A DNA stretch of 64,000 nt from Octopus vulgaris (lineage: Eukaryota): contig OX597824.1 of assembly GCA_951406725.2 (NCBI GenBank), positions 7,192,001-7,256,000 of the forward strand, given 5' to 3'. The position numbers were made by a program, and so were the translations under genes. The stretch's first letter is position 1. Every line of letters starts with the position of its first letter. Positions 1-11,692 of this stretch are shown here, piece after piece. The notes below the pieces were generated by a model. The model was not told the DNA's origin. It made no database searches and worked only from the letters and a program-made list of their open reading frames with translations.

Positions 1-1469
1 AAGGATTTTATCAAACTACTGTAGATTGTTGTTATCTCTAAACACACCCAGAAAAAAGAAAAAAAAAGAATTAATTTTAAAATGCTAATGCTGTATCCAT
101 GGTAAAACATTGTGTCATGCTGTTCAGTAGTATATTCACACCTTCAGAAGATAAATATCAATTTAGTCAAAGAGTTCAACTCCATGTCAGTCATGTACTC
201 ATACCAGCTGGAATACTGTAGAATGGAAACCCGATTTAAATGCAATTTAGAAAATAAGTGAAATGACAAATTTTTTTTTTTGAGGGGGGAAAAAAAAGGG
301 AATGCAAGGAATGAAGTAAAAATAAAAATAATGGAAATAAAGAAACTTAAATTTAAAAGGTGTAACAAATTTCAAAAGTCAAAAGTTGAAAACAAAAATT
401 TTTTTAAAATTTACAGAAAGATCTCTGACACACAAATGGAAAATAAAATGGTTACAGCATTACAAAAGAAATAGTTTCTATGTCAAAGCAACATGCAAAA
501 GATATTAACCACTCCCATGTTGAACGAAGAACATAATTAAGAAACGGTAAAACATGAAGAACAATGAGAACAAAAAAAAAAGGAAACAAAAATAGAGACA
601 ACAGAAATCTCCAGAGACTCATAAAAACTTTCCAATAAACTGACTTTCAACAGATGCAGATGAAATCCTATTAGCAATTAAATAGCTGAGATGTGACGAA
701 ACTTCACAGCATTTTATAGAGTATGAAACTATTAAGAAATAAACAAAATGAGCGCAAAAGTTTATGTACTTTTATGATGGCTAACATGACTTGTTTTACG
801 ATGAAATTGTCTTTAGTTTCAATACCTGGTCACCAATTAAGACACTAATCTTTATCTTTTCATTTGCTTCAGTCATTGGACTGTGGCCATGCTTGAGCAC
901 TGCTTCAAAAGGTCTTGCTGAACAAATTGAGCCCAGGACTTTTATTTGGTTTTAAAAGCTTGCTATTTAATTCTACTGATCCATTGTGCCAAACAGCTAG
1001 GTTACGATGAGGGGTGGACATAACCAAACCAGCACTGGTTGTCAAGCAGTGGTTAGGGCCGGACACAAACACATGCACACACACACACAATAGACTTCTT
1101 TCAGTTTCCATCTAACCAATCCATTCCTAAGGCTTCGGTCAGCCTGGAGCTATAAAAGAAGTTGCTTGCCCAAGGTGCCATGCAGTGGGGCTGAACCTAG
1201 GACAATGTATTTGAGAAGCAAACTTCTTACCACACAGCCATCCCTCTGCCTATAAAATCAATTACAAATTTTTATGTTGAAAGAATTTCAATAGTATTTT
1301 GGGTGACTAAAATACCTTTCATGCTGCTCACGAAACACATCACATTTATATTCTTTAGGTTTTCTGAAGATATTCGATTTTCCAGTCTCAATACTACATT
1401 GAGAAAACAGCCAATCCTCATCTGTTTTGAAGTAAGATAATACAAGGGGTGCTGAAAAGCTCCTGGCAA

Positions 1470-1880
1470 CAATCACACTCAGATGGTGCTTTTAACGTTC
1501 CACTCAGGTGGTACTGTCATCGGTCACATCAGTGATTTTGATTTCACTTGCCTCAACAGGCCTTCGCATGCAAAGTTTATTGTCTAATGAATGAAGGGTA
1601 CTCATAAGTGGGTTGGTTATACACCAGTCATAGGCCATGGGTTATGGTCTCACTTGGCTTGCTGGGTTTTCTCAGTCACTAGTCATTGCCTCGATGAGGC
1701 CCAATGTTCAAAGGTCGTGCATCACCACCTCATCCCAGGTCTTCCTGGGTCTACCTCTTTCACAAGTTCCCTCAACTGCTAGGGTGTGACACTTTTTCAC
1801 ACAGCTGTCCTCATCCATTCGCAACACATGACCATACCAGCACCGTCATCTCTCTTGCACACTACATCTTATGCACATGT
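1470..1880 (-). mobile_element. RTE LINE 3' fragment
   Basis: Minus strand WYGHVLRMDEDSCVKKCHTLAVEGTCERGRPRKTWDEVV. Confidence 0.8.
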
Positions 1881-1982
1881 TCATACAAAAAAGGTTTCTT
1901 TCACTTTCTGTCTACCAAATCCATTCACAAGGCTTTAGTTGACCCAGGGTGGCAGTAGAAACACTTCGTCTGGGTGTTAGAA

Positions 1983-2400
1983 GGCGGCGAGCTGGCAGAA
2001 ATGTTAGCATGCCAGAAGAAATGCTTAGCGGTACTTCATCTGTCGCTACATTCTGAGTTCAAATTCCACCGAGGTCGACATTGCCTTTCATCCTTTCGGG
2101 GTCGATTAAATAAGTACCAGTTACGCACTGGAGTCGATATAATTGATTTAATCCATTTGTCTGTCCTTGTTTGTCCCTTCTGTGTTTAGCCCTTTGTGGG
2201 TAGTAAAGAAATAGGTATTTCGTCTGTTACTATGTTCTGAGTTAAAATTCCATCAAGGTCGATATTGCCTTTTCATTCTTTCGGGGTCGATTAAATAAGT
2301 ACCAGTTATGCACTGGGGTCAATATAATCTACTTAATCTGTTTGTTTGATCTTGTTTGTCCCCCCTGTGTGTAGCCCCTTGTGGGCAGTAAAGAAATAAG
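1983..2400 (+). mobile_element. SINE family B, partially dimeric form
   Basis: Head GGCGGCGAGCTGGCAGAA, core GCCTTTCATCCTTTCGGGGTCGAT, internal duplication, ~19-bp TSD gaaacacttcgtctgggtg. Confidence 0.88.
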
Positions 2401-2867
2401 AAACACTTCGTCTGGGTGCCATGCAGTAAGAATGAACCAGAAACCAAGTGGTTCAGAAGCAAACTTGTTAACCACACACCTATGCTGCTGTCTCATGGAA
2501 TATTCCATTATACCTTTAGACCTTTCGGCTGCATGTTTCACTGAAAGCATGAGCGGAATTCATCTCCATATTGCCAATATGAAAGTCATAAACAAGCGAC
2601 ATCAGGAAATAATAATACACTTTTATGTGGCAAGTGTGTAACTGCAATGGCCAATAAAGAGACAAGTTAGGAGAAGGACACTCACTAAATGACTGATTAA
2701 TGCTGTAATATGCCTTTACAATATACCAACAAAAACTGGAAGAGTGATAAAGAGGTTAAGGAAATGCAATAAACTTAATAACCATGAAGATGGAATTATA
2801 GAAAGGGAAATAAAAATAATTAGATAGCAACACTGTAACTGCATATATATATATGATGATGATGATG

Positions 2868-2901
<34 letters not shown>

Positions 2902-3094
2902 ATATATCAGTTGTGTCTTGCTTGGTGTGCACTAAATATGGTTTGAATGAAGGAATCGATAATGGTAAAAGAGTCAAAATAATATTTATTGTTCAGTGGT
3001 GACCATTAACTTCTCAAAAGAGCCTTGATTTGAGGAGAATATAAAATTACTATCAAAGAGGAAATACACACACACAAGCACACACACACACACA

Positions 3095-3147
<53 letters not shown>

Positions 3148-3939
3148 ATTCTTTTATTTGTTTCGGTCATTTGACTGCAGCCATGCTGGAGCACCACCGT
3201 TAGTTGAGCAAATTGACCCCAGGACTTATTCTTTGTAAGCCTAGTACTTATTCTATTGCTCTCTCTTTACCAAACCACTAAATTACAAGGATGTAAACAC
3301 ACCACCATCAGCTGTCAAGTGATGTTGGGGGGACAAACACACACACATTTATATGTGTATACGACAGGCTTCTTTCAGTTTCCATCTACTAAATCCACTC
3401 ACAAGGCTTTGGTTGGCCTGAGGCTATAGTAGAAGACACTTACCCAAAGTGCCATGCAGTGGAACGGAACCCGGAGCCATTTGGTTGGTAAGCAAGCTAC
3501 TAACCACTCCTGTACCTATACACATACATACATATGTACATGCCTGTGCACATACACACACACACATCCATGTGCCTCATCATCATCATCATCATCAGTT
3601 TTAGGTGCAGTTTCTTCCATGACAGCGTGTGTTACATGACCCTTCTTCTTGTGACAATATTCTACAGCCTGATGCCGTTCTTAACACCAACCCCTATTTG
3701 TCATTCAAGCAAGGTATTTCATTTGACATTTTTGTATTGTCAGGTGTTTCATTACGAGGGGACATAATGTCATTGCTGAGGTGGGGTCAATGTTAAGACA
3801 CTTGGTATAAAAAGATACACACACACACACGCACACACACACACACACACAAACTGGCTTTTGCACAGTTTCCATCTACCAAATTTTCTCTCACCAGACA
3901 TTGTTCAATCTGAGTGTATGCTATAAGATGTTTACCTGG

Positions 3940-4012
3940 GGGTACCACACAGTAGGGTACCACACAATAGGGTACCACACAATAGGGTACCACACAATAG
4001 GGTACCACACAG
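3940..4012. repeat. 15-bp minisatellite (gggtaccacacaata) x~5
   Basis: Direct inspection. Confidence 0.85.
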
Positions 4013-4210
4013 CAGGGTCAAACCAGAAGCTGAATCACTGTGAATGACCTAACCACACAGGCCACCATTTCACGGATTTTATCCATTCTATTTTCACTTC
4101 GGTTCTGTTTCACGGAATAAATGTCATAATAAACGTCTGTAATTTTCACTTCCACAAACAGCTCAGAATTGAAATGAAATATAAAGAAAACTATATATAT
4201 ATAGATATAT

Positions 4211-4663
4211 ATAGAATGGTTGTATACTGTCACGTTCTTGTTATATTGACAGTAAACAACCATTCTATCACCCCACCACCGTACATGTCTCTACAAGAGA
4301 TTTAGAAATTTAGTATTTCTGATTTTGATAATCAGTGAATAGACTTCACTGAAATTTAGATAAATACATTACGAGTCGAGACAGATATCGTCAGCTGACC
4401 GGTGTCTGCTACTCTAGGCCGACGAAGGACAATCATCCTGAAACACGTGTCCCTAGATGCAGTCCGGGCGATGGGAGTATTTGTCTTCCCTTCGTAAATG
4501 TATATAAGGACACAGGAAAAATGTGTCAAAGCCATCAGGAGGCGTCGATGCTTCCTAGGGCTAAACAGCGGTGGTGAACGTTTGTGATAGATTGACAGTA
4601 TACAACCATTCTATCGCCACACCACCGTACGTGTCTCTACGAGAGTTTTAGAAATTTAGTATT

Positions 4664-4668
<5 letters not shown>
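4211..4668 (+). mobile_element. Penelope-like pseudo-LTR / retrozyme-like unit carrying the hammerhead
   Basis: Direct repeat 4245-4322 vs 4591-4668 (period 346). A 21-bp inverted copy lies at 4211-4231. Hammerhead inside, (TA)n on both flanks, no ORF. Confidence 0.7.
4413..4457 (+). ncRNA. Type I minimal hammerhead ribozyme fold (C at core position 4)
   Basis: tctagg-CCGACGA-agga-caatca-tcct-GAAA-cacgtGTC-cctaga. Stem I is 6 bp, stem II is 4 bp, stem III is palindromic (ACACGTGT), and the GUC cleavage triplet ends at 4451. Confidence 0.8.
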
Positions 4669-4708
<40 letters not shown>

Positions 4709-5854
4709 TATATATATAGACAAACAACACCATCCAGCAGTATTAATCCACATAAACAGTTTTAATAGAAAGTTAAGACTAAAATGAATTCTTAGATCAA
4801 TGAAGATCAATAAAGTGATTTAGCATGAAGAAATATTTAAAGAGAGGAGAAAACTGAGGTTGGAATATGGCGATATGTTTTTGGAATTGGACAATGGACC
4901 CTTTGTATGTATTCATGCCAGAGACAAGATTTTAGTCAATATAATGATGTTTGGGCAACTTTTCCTTTCTTCATTATTATGGTGTTGTTTTTTGTTTTTC
5001 TTGTTTTTTTTTGCACAACAAAAAGGCGTAGGAGTGGCTGTGTGGTAAGTAGCTTGCTTACAAACCACATGGTTCTGGGTTCAGCCCTACAACGTGGCAC
5101 CTTGGGCAAGTGTCTTCTACTATAGCCTCGGGCCAACCAAAGCCTTGTGAGTGGATTTGGTAGACAGAAACTGAAAGAAGCCTGTCGTATATATGTATAT
5201 GCATATATATATATATGTGTGTGTGTGTGTATATGTGTGTGTGTTTGGGTTTGTCCCCCCAACATCACTTGACAACCAATGCTGGTGTGTTTACGTTCCT
5301 GTAACTTAATGGTTCGACAAAAGAGACCAATAAAATAAGTACTAGGCTTACAAAAGAATAAGTCCTGGGGTCAATTTCCTCGACTAAAGGTGGTGCTCCA
5401 GCATGGCCACAGTCAAATGACTGAAACAAGTAAAAGAGTAAAGAGTAAAAAGAGTAACATAATAATAAGATCTTGGGAGGAGCAAATGAAGAAGCTTTTT
5501 TATGTGGCCACTCTACATGCAAGAAGCAGCAGTTAAACCTCCCTCAAACTGCTATATTCAATAAATATTTCTTTATTGCCCACAGGGGGCTAAACATAGA
5601 GGGGACAAACAAGGAGAGACAAAGGGATTACATCAATTACATCAACCCCAGTGAGTAACAGGTACTTATTTAATCGACCTCAAAAAGATGAAACTCAAAG
5701 TCAACCTCGGCAGAATTTGAACTCAGAACATAACGGCAGATGAAATACCTCTAAGCATTTCATCCAGCATGCTAACAATTCTGCCAGCTTGCCACCTTAC
5801 TATATTTTATATTACAGTGAAATTTTAAAAAGTGGACAGTATAGTATGGCATGT

Positions 5855-6118
5855 GGAGGTGCGTGGCTTAGTGGTTAGGGTGTCAGCACCATGATCGTAA
5901 GATTGTGGTTTCGATTCCTTGACCGGGTGGCGTGTTGTGTTCTTGAGCAAAACACTTCATTTCACGTTGCTCCAGTCCACTCAGATGGCAAAAGTGAGTA
6001 ACACTGCGATGGACTGGCGTCCCGTCCAGCTGGGGAACACATATGCCATTGAAACCGGGAAACCGGGCCCATGAGCCTGGCTGGGCTTTGAAAGGGCACA
6101 TTTATTTATTTATTTATT
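5855..6118 (+). mobile_element. tRNA-derived SINE family C (also 12793-13028; related 6932-7240, 12636-13205, minus 46245-46565)
   Basis: GGAGGTGCGTGGCTTAGTGGTTAG...GGTTTCGATTCC...GTGTTCTTGAGCAAAACACTT, with TSD tatagtatggcat. Confidence 0.85.
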
Positions 6119-7502
6119 ATAGTATGGCATACATTATTCCTAACAAAAAAAATAATAATGATGTTTGACCTATTAGTATTTAAACAGGCCACATCCGGCC
6201 CAAATATTTTATGTACAAGCTAGCCAGATCCTGCCTTTCACACTTACTATACAATGCCATTCTAAAATTAAAGAATCACATGAACGAAATCTCAAAGCTA
6301 CGAGATAATGCATGATTAATCCAAAACAATATGACTAAATAAGCATCGCATTTGACAGAATAAATTAAATGCAAAAAGGTTATGGGTCTTGTAGATTGGC
6401 GCCAACTTGGAGCTAAACAGCAGCAACACCTATTTTTTGAAGATATCATCATTTAATATAGAAGGTAAAAGTGGTAATAAATTGAAATAATGTTGAAAGC
6501 AACAGAATAATGCTCGAGATGTAAACTTATTCATATTGTTTTTAATTCACTTTTTGAGTTCAATTAATAACAATTCTCTTGACATTCACAAAAGACATTT
6601 AGCTCAGACCAACAAAGCAACAATGTACAAGTGTCTATTTTGAAATATTCTATTAAATAATCTAATTAGAAGAAGTCATGCATTAAATTACAATATATTT
6701 TCCTACAAAACACGACAAAAGTCGTCATCATTTAAAATTTGTCTTTCCATACTGGTGGATGGTTTGACAAGACCCAGCAGGCAAGAAGACTGCATCACAC
6801 TTTATTTCTTGCTCTGCCTTCTACAGCTAGATGCCCTTCTCAATAGCAACCACTAGATTGAGTTTACTGGTTGTATTTTTAGTGGCACCAACACTAGAGA
6901 GGTTGCTACATGACACACAAGACCAAAAAGTGGAGGCACATGGCCTAGTGGTTAGAGTAGCGGACTCGCAGTCGAAGGATTGCGGATTCGAATCTCAGAC
7001 CGGACGATGTGAGTACCTATAAATGAAACACCTAAGCTTTACGCGGCTCCAGCAAAAGGTAATGAAGAACTTCTGCTGACTCTTTTGCCACAACTTTCTC
7101 TCTCACTCTTTCCTCCTGCATCTTGCAGCTCACCAGCGATGGACCGGCGTCCCATCCAGGTGGGGAACCTATATGTCAAGAAACTGGGAAGCTGGCCCTT
7201 ATGAGCCAGGCAAGGCTCGAGAAGGAACAAACAACAACAAGACCAAAAAGCTTCCTTGAACAAGTGGGAGGACAGCTGAAAGGGAGGAGACAATAAACTG
7301 GGTGTTGAAAGGTTAAAGTAGGACAGAAGGGACAGGTAGGGGTTTCTTGTTGTACAGGAGATACGTGGTCATCTCATATTATATAAGGGTGGGTGAGAAT
7401 AACTGGGTTTGAACCGGAAAGAGAGAAAAGGATGGCAGTGAGAAAAAATGTCAAGGGGTGCCATGAAGGTACAAGAAGGTGAATAGAAGAGAGTATTAAA
7501 AA

Positions 7503-7920
7503 AGGTGGCGAGCTGGCAGAAACATTAGCACACCGGGCGAAATGCTTAGCGGTATTTCGTCTGCCGCTACGTTCTGAGTTCAAATTCGGCCAAGGTCGAT
7601 TTTGCCTTTCATCCTTTCGGGGTCGATAAATTAAGTACCAATTACGCACTGGGGTCGATGTAATCGATTTAATACCTATGTCTGTCCTTGTTTGTCCCCT
7701 CTATGTTTAGCCCCTTGTGGGTAATAAAGAAATAGGTATTTCGTCTGCCACTGCGTTCTGAGTTCAAATTCCACCGAGGTCAACTTTGCCTTTCATCCTT
7801 TCGGGATCGATAAAATAAGTACCAGTTATGCACTGGGATTGATATAATCAACTTAATCCATTTGTCTGTCCTTGTTTGTCCCCCTCTGTGTTTAGCCCCC
7901 AGTGGGCAGTAAAGAAATAA
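7503..7920 (+). mobile_element. SINE family B, partially dimeric form (monomers + 12007-12227, 18347-18580, 40156-40379; - 5567-5797, 29980-30180, 38740-38950, 45240-45390)
   Basis: TSD gaagagagtattaaaa. Same dimer junction as 1983-2400. Confidence 0.88.
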
Positions 7921-8132
7921 GAAGAGAGTATTAAAATAGCATGGGGGAGGGAGAACAAGAGATGGTTAGAGATGGGAATAATGGTGAATGGTGAAAACGA
8001 GTGGAAGGGTGGCCAGTAGTAAAAATGAGTTGAGGGGAGTTGATGTGAATGAAATAAAATGATAAAAAACCAATCATTGTTTCGATTTATTTTCATGTTG
8101 CAGCTCAACAGTTCTCAAGTGAGAATATTATA

Positions 8133-8537
8133 GGCGCAGGAGTGGCTGTGTGGTAAGTAGCTTGTTTACCAACCACATGGTTCCGGGTTCAGTCCCACTG
8201 TGTGGCATCTTGGGCAAGTGTCTTCTGCTATAGCCCCGGGCCGACCAATGCCTTGTGCGTGGATTTGGTAGACGGAAACTGAAAGAAGCCTGTCGTATAT
8301 ATGTATATATATATGTGTGTGTGTGTGTGTGTTTGTCCCCCTAGCATTGCTTGACAACCGATGCTGGTGTGTTTACGTCCCCGTCACTTAGTGGTTCGGC
8401 AAAAGAGACCGATAGAATAAGTACTGGGCTTACAAAGAATAAGTCCCGGGGTCGATTTGCTCGACTAAAGGCGGTGCTCCAGCATGGCCGCAGTCAAATG
8501 ACTGAAACAAGTAAAAGAGTAAAAGTGTAAAAGAGTA
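8133..8537 (+). mobile_element. tRNA-derived SINE family A, full length (also + 5025-5456, 15067-15480, 25791-26210, 29557-29892, 18220-18830; - 855-1251, 3146-3517, 16215-16656, 27415-27567, 38635-39210)
   Basis: Pol III A/B-box-like head GGCGCAGGAGTGGCTGTGTGGTAAG...GGTTCAGTCCC, internal (TA)(TG) tract, tail GGCGGTGCTCCAGCATGGCCGCAGTCAAATGACTGAAAC(AAGTAAAAGAG)n. Confidence 0.9.
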
Positions 8538-8775
8538 AACGCTACACACGATGTCTTGTAGTAACAATACCATATCAACTAAAAATTAGGCATCCGAAGC
8601 AGTTGGAGATACGACAGTTTGACCAAAAGTACTGGCTATTGCAAGAAAAAATAAATAATGAAAAAAAAATATATAATATATAGTGCTACTTACAATAAGA
8701 ATGATATTAACATTATATACACAGAATGGGTGGTGTAGAAAATATGGTAAATTCACATAGAAGTTTATGATTCAT

Positions 8776-8877
8776 TAAAATCCGACAGCTGTTTCTGGGG
8801 GCATAGTGGTACAAAAATGTAATAGAATCTAAGATCTATTAATCTAATTATCATCACCTCCTTCTTCAGGGATTTTA
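8776..8877 (-). ncRNA. Type I hammerhead ribozyme fold with long stem II insertion
   Basis: Reverse complement reads taaaatcc-CTGAAGA-aggagg...(~67 nt)...ccccca-GAAAC-agct-GTC-ggatttta. Stem I is 8 bp and stem III is palindromic (ACAGCTGT). Confidence 0.7.
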
Positions 8878-9687
8878 CCAAATTATAAGGTGGCATGTAC
8901 TTAGCTTGCTCTATTACAGTAGAACAGAAAAGGCAGAGAGAGAGAAGGAGAGAGAGAGAAGGAGAGAGAGAGAAGGAGAGAGAGGGAGAGGAGGGTCTGA
9001 AGACAGTGTGTGTCTTTGAATGATTTTGTGCTTATTCTTTGAGTGCTCCTTTTCTAGATGCCCAGAAGCGCTATCCAAAATATAACAACAATCCTCTCCT
9101 GTGGATCTCACAAAGTAATAAGGTACGGAATACCCTTAGTAGCTTTCGCGATACCTGGAGCCAAGAGCTTATACATTAAAAAATACAATGAGATGCAATT
9201 AATGGAAGTGTATATAAGGTAAAGAATTCGCAAAGTTTCCTTATGTTTCCTAATTTTATTGTCTGTTGCATTTCAAAGATTAAAAAGTTAAGTTTACTAT
9301 CAATGAAGGGTACAGAGTACTTGAAAGATTCTAAGGGAAAATAGATTCGATTTAAAGGGAAATCGTTTTTTTTTTTTTCTCTTCCAAATAAATCTAAAAT
9401 CCTTTCAGTATAATAACTTTTGATATCTCTAATAATCCCACTTCTATAAATATAAAAAAAGGGGTGAAAAAAATCAAACAAAGTCAGGGAAATATCTTTA
9501 AACAATTGGAGTTATTGGATTTCTTTTTCGTTTTTTTTTTTTACTATTAAAAGAAATCCAATAAATACATACATACATACATACATATGTATATATATAT
9601 ATATGTATATATATGTGTATGTGTGTATATATATATGTATATATATATGTGTATGTATATATATGTATATATATGTATATATATGTG

Positions 9688-9728
<41 letters not shown>

Positions 9729-9815
9729 GTATATATATGTGTATATATATATATGTGTGTATGTATATATATTTTTTTGTGTGTGTATGTATATATATAT
9801 ATGTATATATATGTG

Positions 9816-9867
<52 letters not shown>

Positions 9868-10464
9868 ATATATGTGTGTGTGTGTATATATATATGTATA
9901 TATCAAAGAGGGCGAGAGAGATGCACACATGCAAACGCACTAAAACTATATATATATCCTAAAATTAAAACTATACAGTTGTCAGGAAGATAAACTTAAA
10001 AGGACTTTAAGCAGAAAGCAATAGCTAATCTCGTATTCAATATATACACTATACACAGCATGAAACACCATTCAAGAAAAACAAAAACCTGCATTGTATT
10101 TTCTGAAGCAAGAAATCAGAAGACACCAATGAGCAGAGCTCGCTCAGAGAAAAAATCTTCAAATCAGAGATAAAACTCCACTAATAAAAAAAAAAACAAC
10201 CATCAAAAATCAAAAACAAAAAAAAAAATCCAAAAGTTAGGTTATCTCAGAAAATATTAAACATTAATAAATAAATAAATACGATAAAACACAAATGAAA
10301 TGTTTATTCCAGTTTCTGGTTGAGTGCATATGTTGATATGAACTTTTTTAAACATCTTCTTGATCTAGTTAACAATTATTGTATTGTTATTCAAAACTTT
10401 TAAACATGAATATTCATTGCCGCTTATGAAAGCATCAGAGCCAGTTAAATTCACTGTCAATCTA

Positions 10465-10512
<48 letters not shown>

Positions 10513-11469
10513 ACGTGCATAAACTCTTCTATGTACACACATATGCACATGAACAGCAGTTATAAAATATAAATAAAAAGTACATCAATGAATATTATAT
10601 TTAAGTATTTTTTGTTTACACATACAAGCATACAGAAAGATGACGACTTGGCAGAAATGTTAGAACACCAGACAGAAAGCGTAGCTATATTTGTTCTGAT
10701 TATTGGTACTCTGAGTTCAAATCCCACTTTATCCATTTTTTTTTTGGTTTATTTTCTTATGTTTTGTACCAATCTAGAGAGGAGATGGATACATGGAAGA
10801 GTGAGAGCATCAGATAGAATGCTTTGCGGCATCGATTCCAGTTCTGTGCAATCTATGTTCAAATCCTGCCTACCAAAAACCAAAAAAAAACCAACAGAAA
10901 AAAAAAGCATTGTTTCTGTCAGGATTTGTAACAGGCAGAGTGAATCACTAATGGTTAAGATGGAAAAGAAACCAATAGAATCACCGAATTCTTGGTTTAA
11001 GCAGGACATTGTCTGCCATGCCATATGTACAAGTGAAATGACTAAATATGGTATTAGATAATATAGTTTGCAGGTCTTGAGTTCAAATTCCCTGCTGGTG
11101 TTTCAATGCGTGTTTGCACCATGCACTTAATTTTGTCAGATCCTCTCAAGCCAATGACTTCCAAATGCTAATAATAGCAGCCAAATTTCACTGAAATCTT
11201 AGTATTTCTGTGTTGATAAAAGGCAATGACCCAGAAACTAGTCCACGGATGTTGCTTTGTGCTGGGTGGGGCTGTTGGGATCCCTGTTCGAAAATATAAG
11301 GACAGAGAAAGTGTGTCATATTGCCAACTAGAAACGATGTTTCTTGGGACTAAAGAAACAGCAACATTGTCCCCTTTCAGGGCAGCCACATTATGTTGGC
11401 AAACAGCATTCACTCAAATCCCTATTACAATAAAAACAATGCATTGCATGATGTAATCATGATGTGTCC

Positions 11470-11692
11470 TTAACCTTTTCGTTAACATATTTTTGCTGAA
11501 ACACATTCCCTTTCTTTTTAATTAATTTTGCAAATAATGAAGAATTTAGTAAAATAACCCTCATATTAAGCTGGTATTAGGAATATAATATGAAATTTTG
11601 TTGGAAGGTTTTAAATTCAGCTCACTTTAAAACAAGAACCTTGTATCTTATACCAGGGGTACTCTCAAGTAGGTTGGTATCAAATAGGTTAA
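11470..11692 (-). mobile_element. Dispersed copy of the TTAA MITE family that forms the 58859-60165 array
   Basis: ttaaccttttcgttaac...ggttggtatcaaataggttaa. The interior is similar to the long array unit in reverse. Confidence 0.7.

Noticed and set aside
142-216. Possible minus-strand exon after ttctacag
   Set aside because: All three frames hit stops and none matches the expected MON2 continuation.
8133-8205. tRNA-like sequences at SINE heads
   Set aside because: They are followed by SINE bodies and tails, and no intact cloverleaf is evident, so they are not called as tRNA genes.
9058-9122. Possible plus-strand exon (tttctag...AAG|gtacgg)
   Set aside because: Good splice signals, but no recognisable protein and no partner exons.
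9512-9993. Long YI/CV/HT-rich ORFs (also ~19.4-21 kb, 31 kb, 37.5 kb, 43 kb, 50.5 kb, 56.8 kb)
   Set aside because: They are translations of dinucleotide microsatellites that lack stop codons.
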